A stretch of 64,000 bases of DNA, taken from contig OZ245011.1 in assembly GCA_965223665.1 (NCBI GenBank), positions 320,001 through 384,000 of the forward strand, in the 5' to 3' direction. Numbering within the stretch: the stretch's first letter is position 1; every line of letters starts with the position of its first letter. The DNA is from Nitrospinaceae bacterium. Lineage in GTDB: Bacteria; Nitrospinota; Nitrospinia; Nitrospinales; Nitrospinaceae. Of this stretch, positions 1 to 10,075 are shown piece after piece. The notes beneath the pieces are model-generated. The model saw nothing but the letters and a program-made list of their open reading frames with translations, was not told the DNA's origin and searched no databases. A program made the position numbers and the translations under genes.

Positions 1-1
1 C

Positions 2-598
2 CATTCGGATGGTTACGGGGGTAAATTCTAGTAAAAAAGTCGAACAGCAGAGGGATTGACCACACATTCCTAAACCTGTCACTGCTTTAGCTTCATCGCG
101 AACTCCCACTTGTCTCATTTCAATTCGATGTCTTAACCTGGCTGCAAGTTCTTTGACTAACTCCCTAAAATCTACTCTTCCTTCAGCGGTAAAGTAAAAA
201 ATCGATTTTTTCATCTCTTCAAAATAAACGACCCGACTTAGATTCATTGGTACATTAAGCTTATCAATTAACTCAAGGCAAATTTGTGTGGCATTAATTT
301 CTCTTTCTTTTTTTTCTGTTTCCTTTTGTAGGTCTCCTGTATTGGCTATTCTTAAAACTTTTAATGTGGGGATTTCTACTTTCCCAAAATTAATAATTTT
401 ATTGGAAGCCACAACTCCCATTTTGGTTCCATCTGCTGTATTGACCATGACTTGCTGACCAACTTTCAGGCTTAAGCTTCCTGGGTCGCACAAATCCGAC
501 TTATCAGTACCTCGAATTCTTACCCCAATAACAAATTTTGGGGGAGAGGTTGAACCCTCCGATTTCTTATCCTGGTTAGTTAGAATATCTGGTGGCAT
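2..598 (-). CDS. ricT: PSP1-domain / RicT (YaaT)-family protein, 3' end runs off the window
   Basis: Not in the ORF track. Hand translation from ATG 598 gives MPPDILTNQ...IFYFTAEGRVDFRELVKELAARLRHRIEMRQVGVRDEAK...GMCGQSLCCSTFL, the PSP1 signature. Sits directly downstream of holB, the usual synteny. Confidence 0.9.
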   Translation of the reverse strand, partial: MPPDILTNQDKKSEGSTSPPKFVIGVRIRGTDKSDLCDPGSLSLKVGQQVMVNTADGTKMGVVASNKIINFGKVEIPTLKVLRIANTGDLQKETEKKEREINATQICLELIDKLNVPMNLSRVVYFEEMKKSIFYFTAEGRVDFRELVKELAARLRHRIEMRQVGVRDEAKAVTGLGMCGQSLCCSTFLLEFTPVTIRM

Positions 599-600
599 TT

Positions 601-1611
601 TTATGCAGCCTCACAAAAATTAAGGAGCATATTTTCTAAAGACAATTGAAGATTCGCATTTGCCAAAATTGTTTGTTGCGTATCATGAATTGTTGAGGCT
701 AATTTCAACCATTGAGATGAAGATTTTCTTTTACAAATTGACGTCATTTGCGGTTCTAAGTCTTTATTAATTAATTGTCCTTTGGAAGCAGAATTTCTTA
801 AGAACGCCATATCTCTGACCAAACCCTGCATTTCTTCTAAGACTTCCATAATTATGTGGTGCTCTCGACCCATTTTTTTGGTCCATTGAAAAAGAACATT
901 TATATTTTTAAATGAAATTAGATCAATAAGTTTTATGAGTTCATCTCTATATTCTGCAAGACTTAAAATATCTTCTTCCAGCGCTCTTTTTACCTGACCC
1001 TTCGAGCGACTCACCCGAAAATCCAATTCCTGAGGATCAAATTCTATTTCAGACTGTTGAAGTAAAACTTGCTTGATAGCAGATAGAGGTAGAGGGCTAA
1101 AACGTATGGTTTGGCAACGAGATAGAATGGTTGGCATTAATTTATGAATATTGGAAACAATAAGAATTAATATAGTTGAGTCGGGGGGTTCTTCGAGAGT
1201 TTTTAAAAATGAATTTGCTGCCTGTATATTTAATTGTTCAGCATCATCAATGATGGCAACCTTAGTCCGGCCTTCATAGGGTAGATATCCTAGTTTGGTT
1301 TGCAGGTTTCGGATTTCGTCAATTTTTATTACTGCTTCACGGGCTGTGGGGGTAGAGCGAGTGGGTTTTATTAAAAAAATATCGGGATGAAGTTCCCGTT
1401 CGATTTTGCGACAAGAGTCGCAATCATCACAGGCTTCTACAGGCCCTGAGGGCAAGCAATTCAAAGCCTTTGCGAGTTCAAAAGCGGTTCGCTTCTTGCC
1501 TATGCTTTCTGGCCCGAAGAACAAATAGGCATGGGCCAATTGGTTTTTTCTAAGGCTATTAGATAGAATATGTTTAACTTGGTCTTGACCAAGGATTTTT
1601 TCCAATGACAT
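601..1611 (-). CDS. holB: DNA polymerase III subunit delta'
   Basis: HAYLFFGPESIGK, Zn motif C..CDDCDSC, AANSFLKTLEEPP, TILSRC. Confidence 0.95.
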   Translation of the reverse strand: MSLEKILGQDQVKHILSNSLRKNQLAHAYLFFGPESIGKKRTAFELAKALNCLPSGPVEACDDCDSCRKIERELHPDIFLIKPTRSTPTAREAVIKIDEIRNLQTKLGYLPYEGRTKVAIIDDAEQLNIQAANSFLKTLEEPPDSTILILIVSNIHKLMPTILSRCQTIRFSPLPLSAIKQVLLQQSEIEFDPQELDFRVSRSKGQVKRALEEDILSLAEYRDELIKLIDLISFKNINVLFQWTKKMGREHHIIMEVLEEMQGLVRDMAFLRNSASKGQLINKDLEPQMTSICKRKSSSQWLKLASTIHDTQQTILANANLQLSLENMLLNFCEAA

Positions 1612-1799
1612 GATTTCTTATTACTCAACATATATTCAAAAACGTTTAGTTTACGTTAGCTCAATTCACTTTAACAAAAGAACTTAATCTAAAAAAGAAA
1701 TAAGTTGTATTTTATATAAATCAGATAATCATATTATATCTCATTAAGTTCTGTAAATGAAATTCATGGAAAGGGGAAATCCACAGGATCTCAATATTA

Positions 1800-1828
1800 T
1801 TGCAACCTTATTAGGATTTTGTTATAAA
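1800..1828 (+). promoter_or_regulatory. Candidate sigma-70 promoter for the ferredoxin gene
   Basis: TTGCAA-N17-TATAAA with an extended TG, about 55 nt upstream of ATG 1883. Confidence 0.4.
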
Positions 1829-1882
1829 TTCAGGCTTAATTTGCTAAAATGTTAGTACTTTAATATTTGATTGGAAATTATT

Positions 1883-2209
1883 ATGGCTGTAGCCGAACGA
1901 GCAAAACGAAATGTAAAACGAAAACGCAAACCCAAGATATTAGCCGTCATCAATGATGCCTGTACCGGTTGTGGCGGATCTCCTATATGTATTACTGAAT
2001 GTCCTGTAGATAGCTGTATGTATGAAGTTGGAAACCCATCTGCCCCAGTATTTAATAGGGTAGAGGTTGACCCATTGCTTTGCATTGGGTGCAAGAAATG
2101 TATTTCTAAAGGGCCTATGGATACTTTCCTGGAGGGATGTCCCTGGGATGCAATTGACATGTTGCCTCTTAAGGAATATGAAGAAGAGTATGGGGAGTTA
2201 CCTTACTAG
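1883..2209 (+). CDS. 2x[4Fe-4S] ferredoxin-like protein with motif insertions and a basic N-terminus
   Basis: CTGCGGSPICITECP and CIGCKKC-x12-CP. ATG 1883 preferred over TTG 1871. Confidence 0.85.
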   Translation: MAVAERAKRNVKRKRKPKILAVINDACTGCGGSPICITECPVDSCMYEVGNPSAPVFNRVEVDPLLCIGCKKCISKGPMDTFLEGCPWDAIDMLPLKEYEEEYGELPY

Positions 2210-2526
2210 GAAAGAAAGAGCTATCTTACCTGAGCATTTAAGATTTTGAAGTAATTTAAATTTAGTCAGTTTTTCTGATTAGATGTTTACTTTTTAAAGT
2301 GCTTTCGTGTCTATTTTTCTAATTGTCCTTGGAATTTTAGAAGATTTTCACCATTACCTTTATTTATTCACTTGAATATCTTTGAAACTCCTTTTATTAT
2401 TAGTTTTCCAGGTAGGGCTGGGAATTTTGAAAATCAAGAGTTCTTCCTAAAAATGATTTCATCCACGTAGAAACCCTTCAATTATTTGGAGTTTGTTTGT
2501 TTTCCTCGGATGAATCAAAAAACATT

Positions 2527-2554
2527 TTGAATTAACAAAGAATCTAGGTATGAT
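2527..2554 (+). promoter_or_regulatory. Candidate sigma-70 promoter of the atp operon
   Basis: TTGAAT-N16-TATGAT, about 50 nt before the first atp gene. Confidence 0.35.
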
Positions 2555-2605
2555 AAGCCCTTTTTTGGCCCTCTCCGGTCGCTTATCTCCTGCCAAAACA
2601 ACTAA

Positions 2606-2869
2606 ATGGAAAATGATACTGGTTTCCGTAAGGGATTGAGTTTGGCATTTAGGCTAGGGGTGGAATTAGTGGTGGCAGTAGCCATCGGTGCATTAATGGG
2701 CTATGCGGTAGATTACTATTGGGAAACTCAACCCTGGGGTTTAGCTATTGGATTTTTACTAGGTGGTGCTGCAGGGTGCCTTAATGTATATCGTACCGCT
2801 GTTTTTTTGCAGGAAAAAGAATCCGAGGAGAAAGATTCCGAAGACCCTCCAGAAAATCCAGAAAATTAA
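2606..2869 (+). CDS. atpI: AtpZ/AtpI-family ATP synthase accessory protein
   Basis: Two TM helices, G.ELV...GY.VD...T.PWG...G.LLG..AG..NVYR pattern, first gene of the atp operon. Confidence 0.85.
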   Translation: MENDTGFRKGLSLAFRLGVELVVAVAIGALMGYAVDYYWETQPWGLAIGFLLGGAAGCLNVYRTAVFLQEKESEEKDSEDPPENPEN

Positions 2870-2890
2870 CTTTTAAAATTGATTATATAA

Positions 2891-3619
2891 ATGGAAAACC
2901 CTTTACATCATTTTGAATTACATCCCATCATTCCAATTAATATCATGGGATTAGACTTATCAATTAACAAAGCTGTTGTGGCAATGTGGATTGGTATGGC
3001 ATTAATATTTGGGTTATTTATGTTGGTGATTAAAGGAGGAGTGAAATTAATTCCTGGGAAATTACAAAGTGTCCTTGAAATGGTTTTAGAGTTTATAAAA
3101 GGGCTGGTAGATGAATTTATTGGGAAAGAAGGAAAAAAATATTTTACATTTGTGGCAACTATTTTTTTCTTTATTCTTTCTTGTAATTTAATTGGTTTGA
3201 TCCCGGGTTCCTATACCATTACTAGTCAGCTTGTTGTGACCGGGACATTTGCTTTAATAATTTTTGTGATGACTTTGATTATTGGCTTTGCCAAGCATGG
3301 AGGTCATTTTTTTAGTATTTTGGTTCCTCCGGGTGTACCTGGAATTTTAATCCCGCTTATGGTTCCAATTGAAATGATTAGTATGCTTGCAAAACCGATT
3401 TCTTTGTCGGTTCGTTTGTTTGCCAATATGACCGCAGGTCATACTGTTCTTGCAGTGCTTTTTGGATTGGCCCTCGCTTCTCCCTTATGGGTCAGTTGGC
3501 TGCCATTTGGGTTTACAATTGTTATCAATGGTTTAGAAATTGCCATTGCTTTTATTCAAGCTTATATATTTACAACCCTCACCTGTGTGTATATAGGTGA
3601 TGTTATTAAACTTCATTGA
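2891..3619 (+). CDS. atpB: ATP synthase Fo subunit a
   Basis: SLSVRLFANMTAGH, LEIAIAFIQAYIF. Confidence 0.97.
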   Translation: MENPLHHFELHPIIPINIMGLDLSINKAVVAMWIGMALIFGLFMLVIKGGVKLIPGKLQSVLEMVLEFIKGLVDEFIGKEGKKYFTFVATIFFFILSCNLIGLIPGSYTITSQLVVTGTFALIIFVMTLIIGFAKHGGHFFSILVPPGVPGILIPLMVPIEMISMLAKPISLSVRLFANMTAGHTVLAVLFGLALASPLWVSWLPFGFTIVINGLEIAIAFIQAYIFTTLTCVYIGDVIKLH

Positions 3620-3646
3620 GTTAATTTTTTAAGAGAGGAGTTAGGA

Positions 3647-3874
3647 ATGGATGCAACCGCAGCAGCGTTTTTAGGTATGGGTTTGTGTGCAGCTGGATTC
3701 TTTGGTGCAGCAATTGGAATTGCCTATATCTTTTCCAAAACGATTGAGACTGTTGGCCGCCAACCCAACGCCGAAGGCCGAGTGGCTAAATATTGCTGGA
3801 TTGGATTTGCTTTGGTGGAAGCTGTCGCGCTTTATGGATTGGTTTTAGCGTTTATCATTATGGGGAAAGTATAG
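3647..3874 (+). CDS. atpE: ATP synthase Fo subunit c (H+-type by motif)
   Basis: RQP loop and ALVEAVALY with the essential Glu. No Q...E(S/T) Na+ signature. Confidence 0.95.
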   Translation: MDATAAAFLGMGLCAAGFFGAAIGIAYIFSKTIETVGRQPNAEGRVAKYCWIGFALVEAVALYGLVLAFIIMGKV

Positions 3875-3933
3875 ATATCGGCAACACTTAATTGTTTACA
3901 ATATTAATTTAACCATCAAATTGAAAATCTATC

Positions 3934-4452
3934 ATGCCACAATTTGAGCAAGTTTCTGTTTTTACATCTTTGATTTTTTGGTCTGTTATTTCTTTTGGGT
4001 TATTGCTTTTTTTGCTCAAGAAATATGCGTTTCCGCCAATTTTAGAAATGCTCGAAGCGCGCCAAAAGAAAATCGAAGGCGATATTCAAAGCGCTGAAGG
4101 CCTTAAAAAAGAAGCGGAGAAAATTAAGCAGGATTTTGAGGCGCAACTTAAAACCGCGCATGAAAAAGCAACTACGATTGTCCAGTTGGCTAATGAGGAA
4201 GCAAGGAAAATTCAGGATAAAACCATCAGCGAAACTCAAGCCAAGGTCCGGCAAATGCAAAAAGAAGCCGAGCACGAGATTTTATCTACTCGAAATAAAT
4301 TGTTAGCTGAAATCCGGGATTATGTTTCCACTTTAACCATAGCTTCTACTGAAAAAATTTTAAAACGAAGTTTAGGTGAAGAGGATAAAAAGCGTTTAGT
4401 GGATGAGTCGATTGAAGAAGTTGTAGAAAGTTTAGACCAAAGAAACAATTAA
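3934..4452 (+). CDS. atpF: ATP synthase Fo subunit b
   Basis: N-terminal TM, FPPIL..LEARQKKI, coiled coil, operon position. Confidence 0.93.
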   Translation: MPQFEQVSVFTSLIFWSVISFGLLLFLLKKYAFPPILEMLEARQKKIEGDIQSAEGLKKEAEKIKQDFEAQLKTAHEKATTIVQLANEEARKIQDKTISETQAKVRQMQKEAEHEILSTRNKLLAEIRDYVSTLTIASTEKILKRSLGEEDKKRLVDESIEEVVESLDQRNN

Positions 4453-4470
4453 AATTAACTACTCGTTTAT

Positions 4471-5025
4471 ATGATTGAAAACCAAATAGGTAAACGGTTT
4501 GCAGAAGCACTATCCGATTCGATTCAAGAGGAGGGTAAATTGAGTTCCGCTCTAACCAATTTGCAAACCTTAGTGAGTGCATCTCAAAGTGATCCAATGG
4601 TATCGCGTTTTTTTATTCATCCTTCTATTCCGGATGATAAAAAATCAGCATTTGTTCGAGAATTATGTGACAAAATAAATGCCATTCCAGAAGTAAGTAA
4701 TTTGTTGAAAATTCTTCTGGACCGGGGGAAGATGACTTACCTGAAAAATATTGTTGAATATTTTGAGTACTTTGTGATGAAGCGACTCAATCAAGTTCGA
4801 GTTGATATAGTTTCTGCATCTCCATTGTCTGAAAATCAAATCAATAAATTAAAAACATCGTTAGACCAGGTTTTAGGAAAAAGCGCGATCATCGAATCGA
4901 AAGTCGATGAATCTTTAATTGGCGGATTGCGGTTAAGTGTGGGGAGTTTAGTAGCGGATGCCTCAATAAAAAACCGGCTTGCCCTTTTGAAACGGTCTAT
5001 TGAAAGTGAGGAGGTATTAAGGTGA
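4471..5025 (+). CDS. atpH: ATP synthase F1 subunit delta
   Basis: [15 protein letters not shown]...DASIKNRL. Confidence 0.93.
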   Translation: MIENQIGKRFAEALSDSIQEEGKLSSALTNLQTLVSASQSDPMVSRFFIHPSIPDDKKSAFVRELCDKINAIPEVSNLLKILLDRGKMTYLKNIVEYFEYFVMKRLNQVRVDIVSASPLSENQINKLKTSLDQVLGKSAIIESKVDESLIGGLRLSVGSLVADASIKNRLALLKRSIESEEVLR

Positions 5026-6527
5026 GTTTGCGAGCGGATGAAATCAGTTCCTTAATTCAAAAGCAAATTCAGGGATTCGAGGAGGGGATTGAGCTCAAAG
5101 AGACCGGGCGAGTCATCTCTGTTGGGGACGGAATTGCTCGGATCTATGGCTTGGAAAAAGCTATGTCTGGAGAATTGCTTTCGTTTCCTAATAATCTTTC
5201 CGGAATGGTGTTGAACCTCGAAGAAGATAATATTGGTGCGGTCCTTTTAGGCTTTGACGACAAAGTCAAAGAAGGAGATGAAGTTAAAAGAACGGGCCGA
5301 ATTATGGAAGTCCCGGTTGGACCCGAATTAGTGGGGCGTGTAGTGGATGGGTTGGGTCAGCCAATTGATGGAAAAGGGCCCATTGATGCAAAACAAACTG
5401 GTCCGATTGAAAGAATAGCCCCGGGTGTAATTGATAGAAAATCGGTCCATGAGCCCATGCAAACCGGAATCAAAGCTATTGATGGAATGATTCCAGTTGG
5501 ACGAGGACAACGTGAACTTATTATTGGGGATCGTCAAACCGGAAAAACGGCAGTGGCTCTGGATACGATTATTAATCAAAAAGGTCAAAATGTTTTTTGT
5601 ATTTATGTTGCCGTGGGTCAGAAGCGATCTACAGTAGCGCAGGTGGTTAAAAGCCTGGAGGAACATGACGCTATGAAATACACAACTGTGGTTGCGGCCA
5701 CAGCCAGTGACCCAGCACCTATGCAATTTATTGCCCCTTATTCCGGATGTGCCATGGGAGAGTATTTTCGGGATAACGGTCAGCACTGTCTAATTGTTTA
5801 TGATGATTTGTCAAAACAGGCGGCTGCTTACCGACAGCTTTCCTTGCTGTTGCGGCGTCCTCCTGGACGTGAGGCCTATCCGGGTGATGTATTTTTTCTC
5901 CATTCTCGATTGTTAGAGCGAGCAGCAAAATTGAGTGATGAACTCGGTGCAGGATCATTGACTGCCCTGCCGATTATTGAAACTCAAGCGGGTGACGTTT
6001 CGGCTTATATCCCAACTAATGTGATTTCTATTACCGATGGACAGATATATTTAGAAACTGACCTTTTTTATTCTGGTGTTCGGCCTGCAATTAACGTAGG
6101 ACTGTCTGTATCCCGGGTGGGTGGTTCCGCCCAGATAAAAGGTATGAAGCAAGTTGCCGGTCAGTTGCGACTTGACTTAGCACAATATCGGGAAATGGCC
6201 GCATTTGCTCAGTTCGGCAGTGATTTGGATCCTGCAACTCAGGCGCAGTTGGCTCGAGGAGAACGTCTGGTTGAGTTATTAAAACAACCTCAGTATAAAC
6301 CTTTGAGTGTTGTTCAACAGATCATGTCGATTTTTACCGGAGTCCGCGGTTTATTGGATGATATTAAGGTAGGAGATATTGGAAGATTTGAAGAAAGTTT
6401 CTTAAATTATGTTGAGGAAAAACATAAAGATTTAGTCGAAAAAATTAAGACGGATAAGAAGCTGGATGATGAATCAGAAGGAAAACTTCAGGAAGCCCTC
6501 AAGGCTTTTAAAGAGATTTTTCAATAA
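5022..6527 (+). CDS. atpA: ATP synthase F1 subunit alpha
   Basis: [23 protein letters not shown] start overlaps the atpH stop. Confidence 0.98.
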   Translation: MSLRADEISSLIQKQIQGFEEGIELKETGRVISVGDGIARIYGLEKAMSGELLSFPNNLSGMVLNLEEDNIGAVLLGFDDKVKEGDEVKRTGRIMEVPVGPELVGRVVDGLGQPIDGKGPIDAKQTGPIERIAPGVIDRKSVHEPMQTGIKAIDGMIPVGRGQRELIIGDRQTGKTAVALDTIINQKGQNVFCIYVAVGQKRSTVAQVVKSLEEHDAMKYTTVVAATASDPAPMQFIAPYSGCAMGEYFRDNGQHCLIVYDDLSKQAAAYRQLSLLLRRPPGREAYPGDVFFLHSRLLERAAKLSDELGAGSLTALPIIETQAGDVSAYIPTNVISITDGQIYLETDLFYSGVRPAINVGLSVSRVGGSAQIKGMKQVAGQLRLDLAQYREMAAFAQFGSDLDPATQAQLARGERLVELLKQPQYKPLSVVQQIMSIFTGVRGLLDDIKVGDIGRFEESFLNYVEEKHKDLVEKIKTDKKLDDESEGKLQEALKAFKEIFQ

Positions 6528-6536
6528 GAAGAAGAG

Positions 6537-7400
6537 ATGCCTAATTTAAGAGACGTAAAGCAAAGAATTCGTAGCGTAAAAAATACACAGCAAATGACCA
6601 AAGCAATGAAGTTAGTTTCGGCTTCAAAGCTTCGGAAAGCGCAAGAAGCGATAATGACTGCCCGACCTTACGCTCTCAAGCTTAGAGAAATGATGAACCA
6701 TCTTGCGGCGCGTTGCAATAAAGACCTGCATCCCTTATTGGAAAATCGCGATGGGAAAAGGGTATTGCTAGTGGTGATCACAGCCGATCGAGGTCTTTGC
6801 GGAGCCTTTAACAGTAATATCCTTAAAAAAGCTACAGGATTAATCAGGCAAAATAGTGAAAATGAAATCTCATTTTTTCTGGCAGGAAAAAAGGGTTTGG
6901 ATTTTTTTCGCAATCGGCCCTACAAAATTCTTGATCAATATTTGGGGTGGACAAAGGACTTTAATTACCTGAAAGCTGTAGAAATTGGTGAAATGATTGC
7001 CAAGCTTTTTACGGAAAAACAAGTCGACAAAGTCTATTTAGTTTACAACGAATTTAAATCGGTTCTGAGACAAGAGGTGATTGAAGAACAACTGCTTCCA
7101 ATTGTACCCGGAGAGGTAGAAGAGGAAACAGGCTATCCAATGGATTATATCTATGAACCGGATGAAGAAGCCATACTTGAGGATATATTAAAGCGTCATA
7201 TGTCAGATCAAGTTTATCGCGCGTTTTTAGAGTCCAGTGCAAGTGAGCATGGGGCGCGAATGACAGCGATGGACAATGCTTCTCGAAACGCAAAAGAAAT
7301 GATTGGAAAACTTACTTTATTTTATAACCGTACGCGTCAGGCTTATATCACTAAAGAATTGATTGAAGTGGTAAATGGAGCTGAATCGCTAAAGGGATAG
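6537..7400 (+). CDS. atpG: ATP synthase F1 subunit gamma
   Basis: TKAMKLVSASK, DRGLCGAFN, RQAYITKELIE. Confidence 0.98.
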   Translation: MPNLRDVKQRIRSVKNTQQMTKAMKLVSASKLRKAQEAIMTARPYALKLREMMNHLAARCNKDLHPLLENRDGKRVLLVVITADRGLCGAFNSNILKKATGLIRQNSENEISFFLAGKKGLDFFRNRPYKILDQYLGWTKDFNYLKAVEIGEMIAKLFTEKQVDKVYLVYNEFKSVLRQEVIEEQLLPIVPGEVEEETGYPMDYIYEPDEEAILEDILKRHMSDQVYRAFLESSASEHGARMTAMDNASRNAKEMIGKLTLFYNRTRQAYITKELIEVVNGAESLKG

Positions 7401-7414
7401 ACTAGAAAATTTAG

Positions 7415-8841
<1,427 letters not shown>

Positions 8842-8842
<1 letters not shown>

Positions 8843-9246
8843 TGGCTCAAAAAATTCATCTCACCCTTGTAACTCCTGAAAAGGAGATGGTCAATGATAC
8901 TGAAGTGGATCAAGTCAATGTTCCTGGAAGTGAGGGAGACTTAGGGTTCCTGGCTGACCACGCCCCCTTAATCACTACAATGCGACCTGGTAGGTTTTCT
9001 TATGAAAAAGGCAATGAGGTCGTAGAATTGGTGGTTAGCCATGGCTACGCCGAAGTATCGGATAATCGAGTCATTGTTTTGGCCGAAACTGCTGAGTTTC
9101 TGCATGAAATTGACCATCAGCGTGCTGAAGAAGCTCGGGCAGAGGCTGAGAAGCTTCTAGCCAAACCTGATTTGGCCGAAGAAGAGTTTAAGGAAACGCA
9201 AAATAAACTCTTTAGAGCCATTGCCCGTTTGGAAACTAAAAACTAG
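8842..9246 (+). CDS. atpC: ATP synthase F1 subunit epsilon
   Basis: LVTPE, GDLGFLADHAPLIT, last gene of the operon. Confidence 0.95.
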
Positions 9247-9258
9247 CAATATTTTCCC

Positions 9259-9285
9259 TTAAGAATTTCCACTTCCCACCGATAT
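9259..9285 (+). promoter_or_regulatory. Candidate sigma-28 (FliA) promoter
   Basis: TTAAGAAT-N11-ACCGATAT against consensus TAAAGTTT-N11-GCCGATAA, about 50 nt upstream of ORF 9339. Confidence 0.4.
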
Positions 9286-9338
9286 AAAAGTATCTAGCTC
9301 CCCAAGTCACTATAAATTTTTCTTAATTCTGGGAAGAA

Positions 9339-10028
9339 ATGGAATTCTTCTTTATTAATTCTTTAAGAGTTGCACATAGAAACGCCCTGATAGTTGTTTT
9401 TTTATTTTTTTTAGGGTTTTTTAAACTAATTAATTCTGCCAATGCTCAAACCCCAGCTGATTTACAACTGAATAGAATTGATATTTTTTCGAATCTAGAT
9501 TCTAAATTTCCAGACAGCGCTCTCTCTATCCAGTCCCCTTTAAATGTAAACTATCTATTCCTTTCCAACAATTTATTGTTAAGATCCAATATTCAAAACT
9601 CATCTGTTAATTTTCGTCTGGAAGGTATTAGAAAATTCCCGTTTGCATCTCTCGGTAGTCAAATTTCAAAATCCAATGCTATTAATTCAGACAACCCGGA
9701 AAATCAGCTAAGCTTTATGAAGGGTTATTATGATTTTAATTTAGGGGGGGAAATGACTCCCTTTTTAGTTGCGGGATTTGGAGGAACTTCTGTTAATGTG
9801 CGACAACTTACTATTAGTTCCATTTCCCCTGTGGATAGTCAAGATCTTGCATTAGCTTATCAATTAGGAGGGGGCTTGAGTTTTCCTATTTCAGACAACG
9901 GAACGCTGCTGTTAGGGTATAAATTTTTTAAAATCCAAGACTTTACCCGCGACGATTTATTAGGAAACCCCATTCAATCCGGCTTCGAAAATCATCAAAT
10001 TACAATTGGACTAAAAACAAGGTTTTGA
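9339..10028 (+). CDS. Outer-membrane beta-barrel protein (OmpA/Opa-like porin family)
   Basis: Signal-like N-terminus, GYYDF...TPFLVAGFG, LAYQLGGGLSF, LGYKFF, C-terminal Phe. Start uncertain. Confidence 0.75.
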   Translation: MEFFFINSLRVAHRNALIVVFLFFLGFFKLINSANAQTPADLQLNRIDIFSNLDSKFPDSALSIQSPLNVNYLFLSNNLLLRSNIQNSSVNFRLEGIRKFPFASLGSQISKSNAINSDNPENQLSFMKGYYDFNLGGEMTPFLVAGFGGTSVNVRQLTISSISPVDSQDLALAYQLGGGLSFPISDNGTLLLGYKFFKIQDFTRDDLLGNPIQSGFENHQITIGLKTRF

Positions 10029-10075
10029 TTTGATTAGATAATAAAATCCATAAGTTTATTAAAATAGCCAAAAAA

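Noticed and set aside
1852-2160. 102-aa minus-strand ORF, and similar shadow ORFs such as 5328-5786, 14762-15088, 17135-17419, 31064-31414, 37617-37955 and 59508-59858
   Set aside because: They lie antisense to or out of frame within well-supported genes and have no recognisable motifs.
3647-3874. Na+-translocating ATP synthase (N-ATPase)
   Set aside because: The c subunit lacks the Na+-binding Gln and Ser/Thr residues, and the gene order is the standard F-type IBEFHAGDC.
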